The position numbers were made by a program, and so were the translations under genes. Positions 9,859 through 18,463 of a DNA stretch of 64,000 bases are shown piece by piece. Origin of the DNA: an uncultured Pelagibacteraceae bacterium. GTDB lineage: Bacteria; Pseudomonadota; Alphaproteobacteria; Pelagibacterales; Pelagibacteraceae. The notes beneath the pieces were generated by a model. The model did no database searches. It worked only from the letters and a program-made list of their open reading frames with translations, and had not been told where the DNA came from. Each line of letters starts with the position of its first letter. Position 1 is the stretch's first letter. The DNA lies in NCBI GenBank assembly GCA_902531175.1, contig CACADE010000004.1, forward strand, positions 1,106-65,105, read 5' to 3'.

Positions 9859-10805
9859 GTGAAAATTTTATTGTAGAATTTCAAAGAAGTTTAAGGGCAA
9901 ATTTATCCTTTATTTTTAATAAGTATGAAAAAAATAATAATAAAATTCAAACTCTAATTAATGAGGTTTATGAAAAATCTAAAAACCTGATAGAGAAAAA
10001 AAATTCAAAAAGAAAAACACATAAAATATTTAGTAAAAGTGTTTTAAAGATCATAACCGAGAAAAAATTACTAAATTTTATGAGATATGGTTTTATTCAA
10101 CAAATGTTTTTCATACATAATCGACTATATTTATATCATTACCTGTTAGAATTAAAAAAAAGCATTAAATGGAAATATTGGAAAAAATTGATTAAAGAAA
10201 ATAACGTAGGAAGCCCAATAAAATATTTTTTATATCCAGAGAGCAGTGGAAATAAAATATTTCAAATTTATCACTTAAAAAAATATGAAGATTTTCTAAA
10301 GATTAATCTAAAGAATATTGATCAAATAATTGAATTTGGCGGTGGATATGGGAACATGGCAGAAACATTTAAGAAGATTAATCCAAAATTAGACTATACT
10401 ATTTTTGATACACCTGAGGTTAACCTTTTGCAATATTATTATCTAAAAAGATTAAGATTAAAAGTAGAATTAAATTCGCATAAACATAACAACTATATTA
10501 AATTAATTAATTCATCGAGTATATTAAAATCAAAATTTGCAACTATAAAAAAAAGTAAAAAAAAATTATTTATAGCAAATTGGTCACTTTCAGAAACTCC
10601 GCTTAAATTTAGAGATAAATTTAAATTTATAATTGATAATTTTGACTTTCAATTAATATCATTTCAAAAAGAATTTGAGGGTATAAATAATTTATCATTT
10701 TTTCAAAAATTAAATAAACTAAATTTAAGCAAAAATAGAATTTCTAAAATTTTTCCTATTAAAAAAATGAACGAACATTTTTATTTTTTTTCTAAAAAAA
10801 ATTAA
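9855..10805 (+). CDS. Putative sugar O-methyltransferase (NanM-like)
   Basis: IIEFGGGYGNMA, YTIFDTPEVNLLQYYYL, FIANWSLSETP. Confidence 0.7.
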   Translation: MSENFIVEFQRSLRANLSFIFNKYEKNNNKIQTLINEVYEKSKNLIEKKNSKRKTHKIFSKSVLKIITEKKLLNFMRYGFIQQMFFIHNRLYLYHYLLELKKSIKWKYWKKLIKENNVGSPIKYFLYPESSGNKIFQIYHLKKYEDFLKINLKNIDQIIEFGGGYGNMAETFKKINPKLDYTIFDTPEVNLLQYYYLKRLRLKVELNSHKHNNYIKLINSSSILKSKFATIKKSKKKLFIANWSLSETPLKFRDKFKFIIDNFDFQLISFQKEFEGINNLSFFQKLNKLNLSKNRISKIFPIKKMNEHFYFFSKKN

Positions 10806-11992
10806 AGACTCTTACTTAATTGTCTACTAATCTTTTTTCCAAAATTTATAAAATTGTGTTTTTTATTTACTTCATTAAAGTTATATTTTATTTTTTTTTT
10901 AAAAATTGCATTAATAGTTTTAATTAATTTTGTTTTATTTTCTAAATCAACACTCTTACCAACTTTAAATATTTTGCCATACCAACCGATTACTCCATGA
11001 TCTGAGGTAATTACTGGGATTCTATTTAAGCAAGATAAGAAAAATACTCCACTGGACCCATAAAAATCTTTTGAATAACCTGTCCAAGTTAAGTCTGAAG
11101 CTCTAAAAATAATATGTTCCATTTTATCAGGTATGTACCTATTTATAATGATAACTTTATTTCTCAAATATTTACTCCTTTTTAGTTTATTTTTTATATA
11201 AATTTTAGTCATTTCATCTTGCTCTCCAGCAATTAAAATTTTAATTTTATTTTGATTATTTATATATTTTAAAACAGCAAAAAGCTCACTTAGGCATTTA
11301 TTAAGTCTAATTTTTCCATAAACTAAAATTATAAAATCTTTTTCATTTATGTTTAGTATTTTTCTACAATATTTTTTTTTTAATATAATTTTTTTTTCTA
11401 TATTTCCTGTTCCTAAATCTTCAACATAGCAAATTTTGTTAAATTTGGTTTCTTGGTTTTTAAGATATTGATAACATAAAGGATCTACAAAAAATAAATT
11501 GTCTAAACTCTTAATATTTATAAGTCTTCTGAATAAAGCCTCATATATATTTTTTTTAAAAAAATTTTGGGATAAATAAGTGAAATTTTTATAAAATTTA
11601 GGATTTAGGTATAATGCAGAAAATTTTACCTCTTTAAAAGGTGAACCTAATATTGAAATTGGTTTATCAAAAAAATCTATAGTATTAACATAAACATGGT
11701 CAATATCATTTTTTTTTATAATCTTCTCAAAACTCTTTTTTATATTTTCATAATAATTAAATTGAAACTTGAGAAGATTGAAATAATTTTTATTAATTGG
11801 ATATTCAATTTTTTTTGTAAAAATAATTTTTGTTTTTTTTTTAAAAAAATTATAATAATCTTTTTTTTTAATATCAGCAGATGTTAATAAAATAATTTTT
11901 TTGTTTTTATTTGATAGGTAATTTACCACAGATCGTAAGTAACTCGTGATATGGTGCCCGCTGGTTTCTAGTTCAACTAGTAAAATTGACAT
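10802..11992 (-). CDS. Glycosyltransferase, GT-B/GT4-like
   Basis: N-term ELETSGHH, VYGKIRLNK, ILIAGEQ, YGSSGVFFLSCLNRIPVITSDHG. Confidence 0.65.
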   Translation of the reverse strand: MSILLVELETSGHHITSYLRSVVNYLSNKNKKIILLTSADIKKKDYYNFFKKKTKIIFTKKIEYPINKNYFNLLKFQFNYYENIKKSFEKIIKKNDIDHVYVNTIDFFDKPISILGSPFKEVKFSALYLNPKFYKNFTYLSQNFFKKNIYEALFRRLINIKSLDNLFFVDPLCYQYLKNQETKFNKICYVEDLGTGNIEKKIILKKKYCRKILNINEKDFIILVYGKIRLNKCLSELFAVLKYINNQNKIKILIAGEQDEMTKIYIKNKLKRSKYLRNKVIIINRYIPDKMEHIIFRASDLTWTGYSKDFYGSSGVFFLSCLNRIPVITSDHGVIGWYGKIFKVGKSVDLENKTKLIKTINAIFKKKIKYNFNEVNKKHNFINFGKKISRQLSKSL

Positions 11993-12909
11993 TAAAATCT
12001 TTTTTTTAAATCATTATAAGAGCAATATAAAATACCTAAGTAGTTACCAATAAACCTACTAATCCAATTAATTCTGAAATTTATCAAACCTAAAAATAAA
12101 TAATTGGATTTTAAAAACGCCCCTAAATAGAAAAGAACTTTGCTCAAATTGAATTTATTTACAAATTTATACCTATTAATTATTTCAATATATCCAAAGC
12201 TAATATCGTTTCTATCTATAAAGTTTGGATTATTAACTGTAGCTTTTGCTATCACAATATGTTTCATTTTTTTTTTAGTTAGTCTATATGAAAAATGTAA
12301 ATCTTCTAAATAATTAAAACCTTTATTTAAATTTTCGAACTTCATTTTTTTTATCTTATTAAGTACAAATATAGTTGCACCAGAGTAAATCCATTCAACC
12401 ACTGTGTCTCTATTTAAATTTGAAATTTTGGTATGCCATCCACTTTTTAATACTTTACCAGGCTTACTTGAATAAAGTCCGACAAATTCTGTAAAAAAAT
12501 TTACTTTTAGCTTTTCATTTTTAAATTTATTTTTGTCTGATTTTAAATTAAATGCATATGAGCATATATTTTTAAAATTTCTATATTTGATTATGCCATT
12601 ATTCATATGATAAAATGATTTTTTTTTTAATTTAATATCGTCATCAAGAAATAATACGTATTTAGAATTTTTAACTTTTTTTAATCCTAGATTTCTCTGA
12701 AAAGTTGTAGATGGAAATGTATCATAAATTTTTATTTTCTTATTTTTTATGAATTTTTTGATTTTGATTTTATGATTATAATTTGAGCTATCAATTATAA
12801 ATATATCTTTAAAAATTATCTTATTCTTTTCTAAATACTTTAATAAAGTAATAATTTTTTGACTTCTATCTTTAGTTGGAATTATTAAAGTAGTTTTTTT
12901 TTCAAACAT
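11992..12909 (-). CDS. Glycosyltransferase family 2
   Basis: LIIPTKDR, IIDSS, QRNLGL, LFLDDD, YLEDLHFSYR. Confidence 0.85.
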   Translation of the reverse strand: MFEKKTTLIIPTKDRSQKIITLLKYLEKNKIIFKDIFIIDSSNYNHKIKIKKFIKNKKIKIYDTFPSTTFQRNLGLKKVKNSKYVLFLDDDIKLKKKSFYHMNNGIIKYRNFKNICSYAFNLKSDKNKFKNEKLKVNFFTEFVGLYSSKPGKVLKSGWHTKISNLNRDTVVEWIYSGATIFVLNKIKKMKFENLNKGFNYLEDLHFSYRLTKKKMKHIVIAKATVNNPNFIDRNDISFGYIEIINRYKFVNKFNLSKVLFYLGAFLKSNYLFLGLINFRINWISRFIGNYLGILYCSYNDLKKRF

Positions 12910-12973
12910 AAATTTTGATATAAATATGTAATTACTATTGATTTATTAAAATTTAACAATTAATAATCTTTTA

Positions 12974-13972
12974 ATGAAATCTAAGTATTTAATTGCTGGT
13001 GCCGGAGGATTTATTGGTGGACATTTAGCTAAAAATCTACTTGAAGAAGGGCATGATGTAGTCTGCGCAGACCAAAAACCCTTAGTAGATTGGTTCCAAA
13101 TTAATGAAGATTGTGAAAATTATTCATTGGACCTTAAAGATTACGATAATTGTCTAAAAGTAACTAAGAATGTTGAATATATTTATAATATGGCCTGCAA
13201 CATGGGTGGCATGGGATTTATTGAAAACAATAAAGCTGAGTGCATGTTGTCTGTGCTAGTTAATACAAATCTTTTAAGGACCGCTCTAAAAAATGATGTA
13301 AAAAAATATTTTTTCTCTTCAAGTGCTTGTGTTTACAACGCCTCAAAGCAATCTCAAACTTTTATTGATGGTTTAAAAGAAACTGATGCATATCCAGCTG
13401 ATCCAGAAGATGGTTATGGATGGGAAAAATTGTTTAGTGAAAGAATGTGTAGACATTTTACAGAGGATTTTAAACTTGAAACTAGAGTGGCTAGATATCA
13501 CAATGTTTATGGTCCTTTAGGAACATATGATGGAGGTAGAGAAAAAGCACCAGCAGCGCTCTGTAGAAAAATTATTCTTGCGAAAGAAAATGGCGAAAAA
13601 AAAATTGATGTTTGGGGAGACGGTGAGCAGACAAGAAGTTTTATGTATATTGATGATTGCATTATTGGAACAAAAAAATTGTTTAATAGTGAATACTCGG
13701 GAAGTATTAATATAGGAAGTGAGGAGCAAGTTTCAATAAATCAGATGATTGATATAATCTCAGAAATAGCAAATTATAAGATTGATAAAAACTATCAGCT
13801 TGATAAACCAAAAGGCGTAAGGGGTAGATCCAGTAATAATGATCTTATCAGAGAAAAAACAAATTGGGACATTACATATACTCTTAAACAAGGCTTAGAA
13901 AAAACATACAAATGGATTTATGATCAATTAAAAAGTAAATCTAATACAAATAAGTTTACTAAATCATACTAA
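12974..13972 (+). CDS. GDP-mannose 3,5-epimerase-like extended SDR
   Basis: GAGGFIGGHL, ACNMGGMGFI, SSSACVY, YPADPEDGYGWEKL, REKAPAALCRK, WGDGEQTRSF, PKGVRGRSS. Confidence 0.8.
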   Translation: MKSKYLIAGAGGFIGGHLAKNLLEEGHDVVCADQKPLVDWFQINEDCENYSLDLKDYDNCLKVTKNVEYIYNMACNMGGMGFIENNKAECMLSVLVNTNLLRTALKNDVKKYFFSSSACVYNASKQSQTFIDGLKETDAYPADPEDGYGWEKLFSERMCRHFTEDFKLETRVARYHNVYGPLGTYDGGREKAPAALCRKIILAKENGEKKIDVWGDGEQTRSFMYIDDCIIGTKKLFNSEYSGSINIGSEEQVSINQMIDIISEIANYKIDKNYQLDKPKGVRGRSSNNDLIREKTNWDITYTLKQGLEKTYKWIYDQLKSKSNTNKFTKSY

Positions 13973-13991
13973 AATCATAACTAATACACTA

Positions 13992-14019
13992 TTGATTATT
14001 AAATAAAGAATTGTATAAG
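13992..14019 (+). promoter_or_regulatory. Putative sigma70 promoter of 5S rRNA
   Basis: TTGATT(13992-97)-N16-TATAAG(14014-19), 5 nt upstream of the 5S helix I. Confidence 0.55.
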
Positions 14020-14024
14020 TACGT

Positions 14025-14140
14025 GCCTGGTGATTATTGCGAAAGTGTAATACCCGATCCCATTCCGAACTCGGAAGTCAAGCCTTTCTGCGCCGATGGT
14101 ACTTTGTCTTAAGACATGGAAGAGTAGGACGTTGCCAGGC
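14025..14140 (+). rRNA. rrf: 5S rRNA (not linked to 16S/23S here)
   Basis: GCCTGG...GCCAGGC terminal helix; ACCCGATCCCATTCCGAACTCGGAAGT and GCGCCGATGGTACT...GAGAGTAGG-type consensus blocks. Confidence 0.97.
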
Positions 14141-14149
14141 TTTATCCGC

Positions 14150-15049
14150 ATGAAAAACTTTATAGCTATTACTGGTGGGGCAGGCTTTGTTGGTTCAAAT
14201 CTAATCGATTACTTATTAAATAAAACAAATCTTAAAATTATTAGTATAGATAATTATTCCTCTGGCTCCAAATCAAATCACTTAAATTCAAATAGAGTAA
14301 CTTATCTAAAAGGACACACAAAAAATACAGATAACTTACTAAAAAAATATGAAAAAAAAATTGTTGCTTTTTTTCATTTTGGCGAATTTGCAAGAATCTA
14401 TCAAAGCTTTAAATATTTAAATGATTGTTTAGAGTCAAATTCAATTGGAAGTATGGAGGTTTTCAAATTTTGTTTAAAAAATAAAATAAAATTAATTTAT
14501 TCTGCTACTTCAGCAAGCTTAGGCAACAAAGGAAATGATAAAAATTTGTCCCCATATGCATTTACAAAGGCAAAAAATTTAGAAATATTAGAAAATTTAA
14601 AAAAATGGTTTAATTTTAAGTATGAAGTAGTTTACTTTTATAATGTATATGGAAAAGGACATATTAAAACAGGAGAAATGGCGACTGTGATCGGGATCTT
14701 CGAAGATCAGTATAAAAGAAAAAAACCTTTAACTGTCGTTAAGCCAGGCTCTCAATCTAGGAGATTTACTCATATTTCAGATACAATTAAAATTTGTTAT
14801 GAGGCATGGAAAGCTAATAAGTGCAAACATTACATAATCTCTCATAAAGAGACATTTACAATCTATCAAGTCGCTAAAATGTTTAAATCGCCTATTATTT
14901 TTAAACCAAAAAGATTAGGAGAAAGATATGCGTCAACATTAACTGAATATTCCTTAAATAATAAAGTAACAATAAAATATGGAAAAATAAGTTTGAAAGA
15001 TTACATTTCTTCGTTTATTAAGAAAAAAATTAATTATGAAAATAGCTAG
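14150..15049 (+). CDS. NAD-dependent epimerase/dehydratase (extended SDR); start corrected to ATG 14150
   Basis: [42 protein letters not shown]; ORF-track extension overlaps 5S. Confidence 0.85.
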   Translation: MKNFIAITGGAGFVGSNLIDYLLNKTNLKIISIDNYSSGSKSNHLNSNRVTYLKGHTKNTDNLLKKYEKKIVAFFHFGEFARIYQSFKYLNDCLESNSIGSMEVFKFCLKNKIKLIYSATSASLGNKGNDKNLSPYAFTKAKNLEILENLKKWFNFKYEVVYFYNVYGKGHIKTGEMATVIGIFEDQYKRKKPLTVVKPGSQSRRFTHISDTIKICYEAWKANKCKHYIISHKETFTIYQVAKMFKSPIIFKPKRLGERYASTLTEYSLNNKVTIKYGKISLKDYISSFIKKKINYENS

Positions 15050-15161
15050 CTCACTTAAATCATTAAAAAAAAGAGATCTTAACTCAAAATTAGTTAGGAG
15101 GAGAGGTAGAGTATATATAATTAATAAAAAAAATCCTAAATTTAAAGCAAGACAAAAATAA
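15036..15161 (+). CDS. rpmJ: 50S ribosomal protein L36 (Cys-free type), not in ORF track
   Basis: Read directly: [41 protein letters not shown]. Confidence 0.95.
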   Translation: MKIASSLKSLKKRDLNSKLVRRRGRVYIINKKNPKFKARQK

Positions 15162-15162
15162 T

Positions 15163-15273
15163 ATGGACAATGAGAGTCATAAAAACACATGGAATAACTT
15201 TACAAAGTTTGTACTTTGGGGCTCAGTTGCAGTAGTAATAGTTCTTGTTTTAATGGCAATATTTCTTCTTTAA
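15163..15273 (+). CDS. 36-aa single-TM protein resembling aa3-type cytochrome c oxidase subunit IV, not in ORF track
   Basis: MDNESHKNTWNNFTKFVLWGSVAVVIVLVLMAIFLL; fills the rpmJ-pntA gap exactly (1-nt and 3-nt spacers). Confidence 0.7.
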   Translation: MDNESHKNTWNNFTKFVLWGSVAVVIVLVLMAIFLL

Positions 15274-15276
15274 AAA

Positions 15277-16365
15277 ATGATTATTGGTTCTATTTCTGAA
15301 AATAAAGATATTGAAAAGAGAGTTGCTATAACTCCAGAGATAATCAAAAAGTATAAATCACTAGGAATGGAAGTTTGTGTAAACAAAAATTATGCTGACC
15401 ATCTTGGATATCAAGACTCAGATTATGAAATTGAGGGTGCTAAAATTTATGAAAATAAAAAAGATATAATTGAAAAATCAAATGTAATTTTACAACTTTC
15501 TATTCTTGAGGATAATGAATTAAAACAATTAAAAGAAGGTCAAACTATTATTGGTACACTGGATCCTTATTCTAATAATGAAAAACTAAAAAATTTAGTA
15601 AACAATAATATAAACTGTTTTTCTCTCGAATTGTTACCAAGAATAACAAGGGCTCAATCAATGGACATATTATCTTCTCAAGCAAATCTTGCTGGATATA
15701 AAGCGATAATTGACTCTTTTGCAATTTTTGAGAAAGCTATACCAATGATGATGACTGCAGCAGGCACAATTTCCGCAGCAAAAGTATTAGTAGTAGGAGC
15801 AGGTGTTGCAGGTTTGCAGGCAATTGCTACAGCAAAAAGAATGGGAGCAATAGTATTTGCAACAGATGTAAGAATGGCTTCAAAAGAACAAGTCGAAAGT
15901 TTGGGAGGAAAATTTTTAATAGTCGAGGGTTCAGAAAATTTAGAGACCGAAGGAGGTTATGCTAAAGAAGTATCTGATGATTTTAAAAAAAAACAAGAAA
16001 ATTTATTAAAAGAAACATTAAAAAATATTGACGTTGTTATTTGTACAGCGCTTATTCCAGGAAAGAAAGCACCAGTTATTATTAACAAAAATATGATAAA
16101 TGAAATGAAAAGCGGTTCAATAATTTATGATTTAGCTGCTATCCAAGGTGGTAACGCTGAACTAACAAAGTTAAATGAAATAATTAATCATAACGGTGTA
16201 AAAATTGTCGGTGAAAAGAACATTCTAAATAAATTACCGGTTTCATCCTCCAATCTTTACTCAAAGAATGTTTTTAATTTTGTAAGTAATCTATATGATA
16301 AAGAAAAAAAACAAATTACTATTAATTTAGAGGATGAAATTGTAGAGAAGACGATGATTAAATAG
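15277..16365 (+). CDS. pntAA: NAD(P) transhydrogenase subunit alpha part 1 (domain I)
   Basis: EKRVAITPE, LPRITRAQSMDILSSQANLAGY, GAGVAGLQA, TALIPGKKAP. Confidence 0.95.
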   Translation: MIIGSISENKDIEKRVAITPEIIKKYKSLGMEVCVNKNYADHLGYQDSDYEIEGAKIYENKKDIIEKSNVILQLSILEDNELKQLKEGQTIIGTLDPYSNNEKLKNLVNNNINCFSLELLPRITRAQSMDILSSQANLAGYKAIIDSFAIFEKAIPMMMTAAGTISAAKVLVVGAGVAGLQAIATAKRMGAIVFATDVRMASKEQVESLGGKFLIVEGSENLETEGGYAKEVSDDFKKKQENLLKETLKNIDVVICTALIPGKKAPVIINKNMINEMKSGSIIYDLAAIQGGNAELTKLNEIINHNGVKIVGEKNILNKLPVSSSNLYSKNVFNFVSNLYDKEKKQITINLEDEIVEKTMIK

Positions 16366-16367
16366 TT

Positions 16368-16670
16368 ATGGAAATTGATCCTTTTATATTTAGATTAAGC
16401 ATTTTTATTTTATCAATATTTGTTGGGTATTATGTAGTTTGGAGTGTTACGCCATCTTTACATACACCCTTAATGTCAGTAACAAATGCTATTTCATCAG
16501 TAATTATTGTTGGTGCTATAATAGCTGCATTAGCTGGATCTGGAGAGAATATATTTGAGACGTCAAGCATTTTTGGATTTTTAGCAATTATTCTTTCTGC
16601 GGTGAATATTTTTGGAGGCTTTTTGGTTACTCAAAGAATGTTGCAAATGTATAAGAAAAAGAAAAAATAA
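16368..16670 (+). CDS. pntAB: NAD(P) transhydrogenase subunit alpha part 2
   Basis: SVTPSLHTPLMSVTNAISS, NIFGGFLVTQRMLQMY. Confidence 0.95.
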   Translation: MEIDPFIFRLSIFILSIFVGYYVVWSVTPSLHTPLMSVTNAISSVIIVGAIIAALAGSGENIFETSSIFGFLAIILSAVNIFGGFLVTQRMLQMYKKKKK

Positions 16671-16672
16671 CT

Positions 16673-18067
16673 ATGTCAGCAAATTTATCAGCATTTTTTT
16701 ATTTGATTTCAGGAATTCTGTTTATACTAGCATTGAGAGGGCTATCTTCACCCGAGACTTCCAGACAAGGAAATTACTTTGGTATAGCAGGTATGACAAT
16801 AGCCATTGTTGTAACATTTCTATCTGTAGGAAATTTTGGCTTAGGAATTGTATATGTATTATTTTTTCTTTTAATTGGTGGTTCAATTGGAGCTTTTATA
16901 GCTTTTAGAATTCCCATGACAGCTATGCCAGAACTTGTAGCTGGATTTCATAGTTTGGTTGGGTTGGCCGCAGTTTTTGTCGCTATATCTGCTTTTTTAA
17001 AACCGGAAGCATTTAACTTAGGTGTAACAGGCAATATTAAACTTGCTAGTTTGATTGAAATGTCATTAGGCGCAGCAATAGGAGCAATAACTTTCTCAGG
17101 CTCAATTATTGCCTTTCTAAAATTAAGGGGAATAATGTCAGGAGCTCCTATAACTTTCAAAGGTCAGCATATTTTAAATTTAATATTAGGTTTTTCAATT
17201 ATAGTATTGATATATTACTTGTGTAACTCACAACTTACCACAGTATTCTGGACAATTGTTGCCATCTCTTTTTTAGTTGGTGTTTTGTTAATAATACCAA
17301 TTGGAGGAGCAGATATGCCTGTAGTAATATCAATGTTAAATTCATACTCAGGATGGGCTGCAGCTGGAATTGGTTTTACACTTGAAAATTCAGCATTAAT
17401 TATAACAGGTGCGTTAGTAGGTTCATCGGGTGCAATACTATCGTACATAATGTGTAAAGGAATGAATAGATCTTTTTTTAATGTCATATTAGGTGGTTGG
17501 GGAGCAACAGATCAATCAAGTTCAAAAGAGAGAAAAGAGCAAAAACCAGTTAAAAATGGTAATGCTGATGATGCTGCATTTTTGATGAAAAATGCTTCAT
17601 CAGTTATAATTGTTCCTGGATACGGTATGGCGGTAGCACAAGCACAACATGCTCTCAGAGAAATGGTAGATGCACTTAAAAAAAATGGAGTAAAGGTTTC
17701 CTATGCGATACATCCGGTTGCAGGAAGAATGCCAGGTCATATGAATGTACTTTTAGCTGAAGCAAATGTTCCTTATGATGAAGTTTTCGAGTTAGAGGAA
17801 ATAAATAATGACTTTGCAAATTGTGATGTAGCCTATGTAATTGGAGCTAATGATGTTACTAATCCAGTGGCAAAATCTGATCCACAGAGTCCAATTTATG
17901 GAATGCCAGTCTTAGATGTTGAGAAGAGTAAATCAGTGCTTTTTGTTAAAAGAAGTTTGTCTCCTGGTTACGCAGGAATAGATAATGATTTATTTTATAG
18001 AGATAATACATTAATGCTTTTTGCAGATGCAAAAAAAATGACAGAAGAAATAGTAAAAAGCCTATAA
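16673..18067 (+). CDS. pntB: NAD(P) transhydrogenase subunit beta
   Basis: MTAMPELVAGFHSLVG, IGGADMPVVISMLNSYSG, HPVAGRMPGHMNVLLAEA. Confidence 0.97.
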   Translation: MSANLSAFFYLISGILFILALRGLSSPETSRQGNYFGIAGMTIAIVVTFLSVGNFGLGIVYVLFFLLIGGSIGAFIAFRIPMTAMPELVAGFHSLVGLAAVFVAISAFLKPEAFNLGVTGNIKLASLIEMSLGAAIGAITFSGSIIAFLKLRGIMSGAPITFKGQHILNLILGFSIIVLIYYLCNSQLTTVFWTIVAISFLVGVLLIIPIGGADMPVVISMLNSYSGWAAAGIGFTLENSALIITGALVGSSGAILSYIMCKGMNRSFFNVILGGWGATDQSSSKERKEQKPVKNGNADDAAFLMKNASSVIIVPGYGMAVAQAQHALREMVDALKKNGVKVSYAIHPVAGRMPGHMNVLLAEANVPYDEVFELEEINNDFANCDVAYVIGANDVTNPVAKSDPQSPIYGMPVLDVEKSKSVLFVKRSLSPGYAGIDNDLFYRDNTLMLFADAKKMTEEIVKSL

Positions 18068-18128
18068 CTCTTCACAAAAATATCTAACTTTGTTTAAACT
18101 ATATTTGAAAATTTGACGTGCTTACAAT

Positions 18129-18205
18129 TGGTTGCGGGGGACGGATTTGAACCGCCGACCTCAAGGTTATGAGCCTTGCGAGCTACCAGGCTGCTCCACC
18201 CCGCG
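18129..18205 (-). tRNA. tRNA-fMet (initiator, CAT)
   Basis: Reverse complement CGCGGGGTGGAGCAGCCTGGTAGCTCGCAAGGCTCATAACCTTGAGGTCGGCGGTTCAAATCCGTCCCCCGCAACCA; C1:A72 mismatch. Confidence 0.97.
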
Positions 18206-18208
18206 ATA

Positions 18209-18403
18209 TTAAATCCTATTCTTTAACTTATTTAGCTTTTTAACCCTTTTTATATTTTCTTGCAGAATTCTCTTTTTCTTTTCTGATGGTTTTTCGTAAT
18301 TATTTTTTAGCTTAATAATTTTATAAAAACCATCTCTTTGAAGTTTTCTTTTTAAAACTCTAAGAGCTTGTTCAATATTATTATCTTTGACTTCTATTTT
18401 AAT
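18209..18403 (-). CDS. rpsU: 30S ribosomal protein S21 (probable ATT start at 18403; ORF track uses TTG at 18415)
   Basis: KIEVKDNNIEQALRVLKRKLQRDG, YEKPSEKK. Confidence 0.9.
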   Translation of the reverse strand: MKIEVKDNNIEQALRVLKRKLQRDGFYKIIKLKNNYEKPSEKKKRILQENIKRVKKLNKLKNRI

Positions 18404-18463
18404 AACTACCTCCAAAAAGAAATTTACATATCATTTAAATTTTTATTTGTCTATTGTTTATAC

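Noticed and set aside
14096-14149. N-terminal extension MVLCLKTWKSRTLPGFIR of the epimerase ORF
   Set aside because: Lies inside the 5S rRNA; the Rossmann motif begins right after ATG 14150.
16365-16368. Split pntA as a possible pseudogene
   Set aside because: The alpha1/alpha2 split is the normal Rhodospirillum-type three-subunit arrangement, and both parts are intact.
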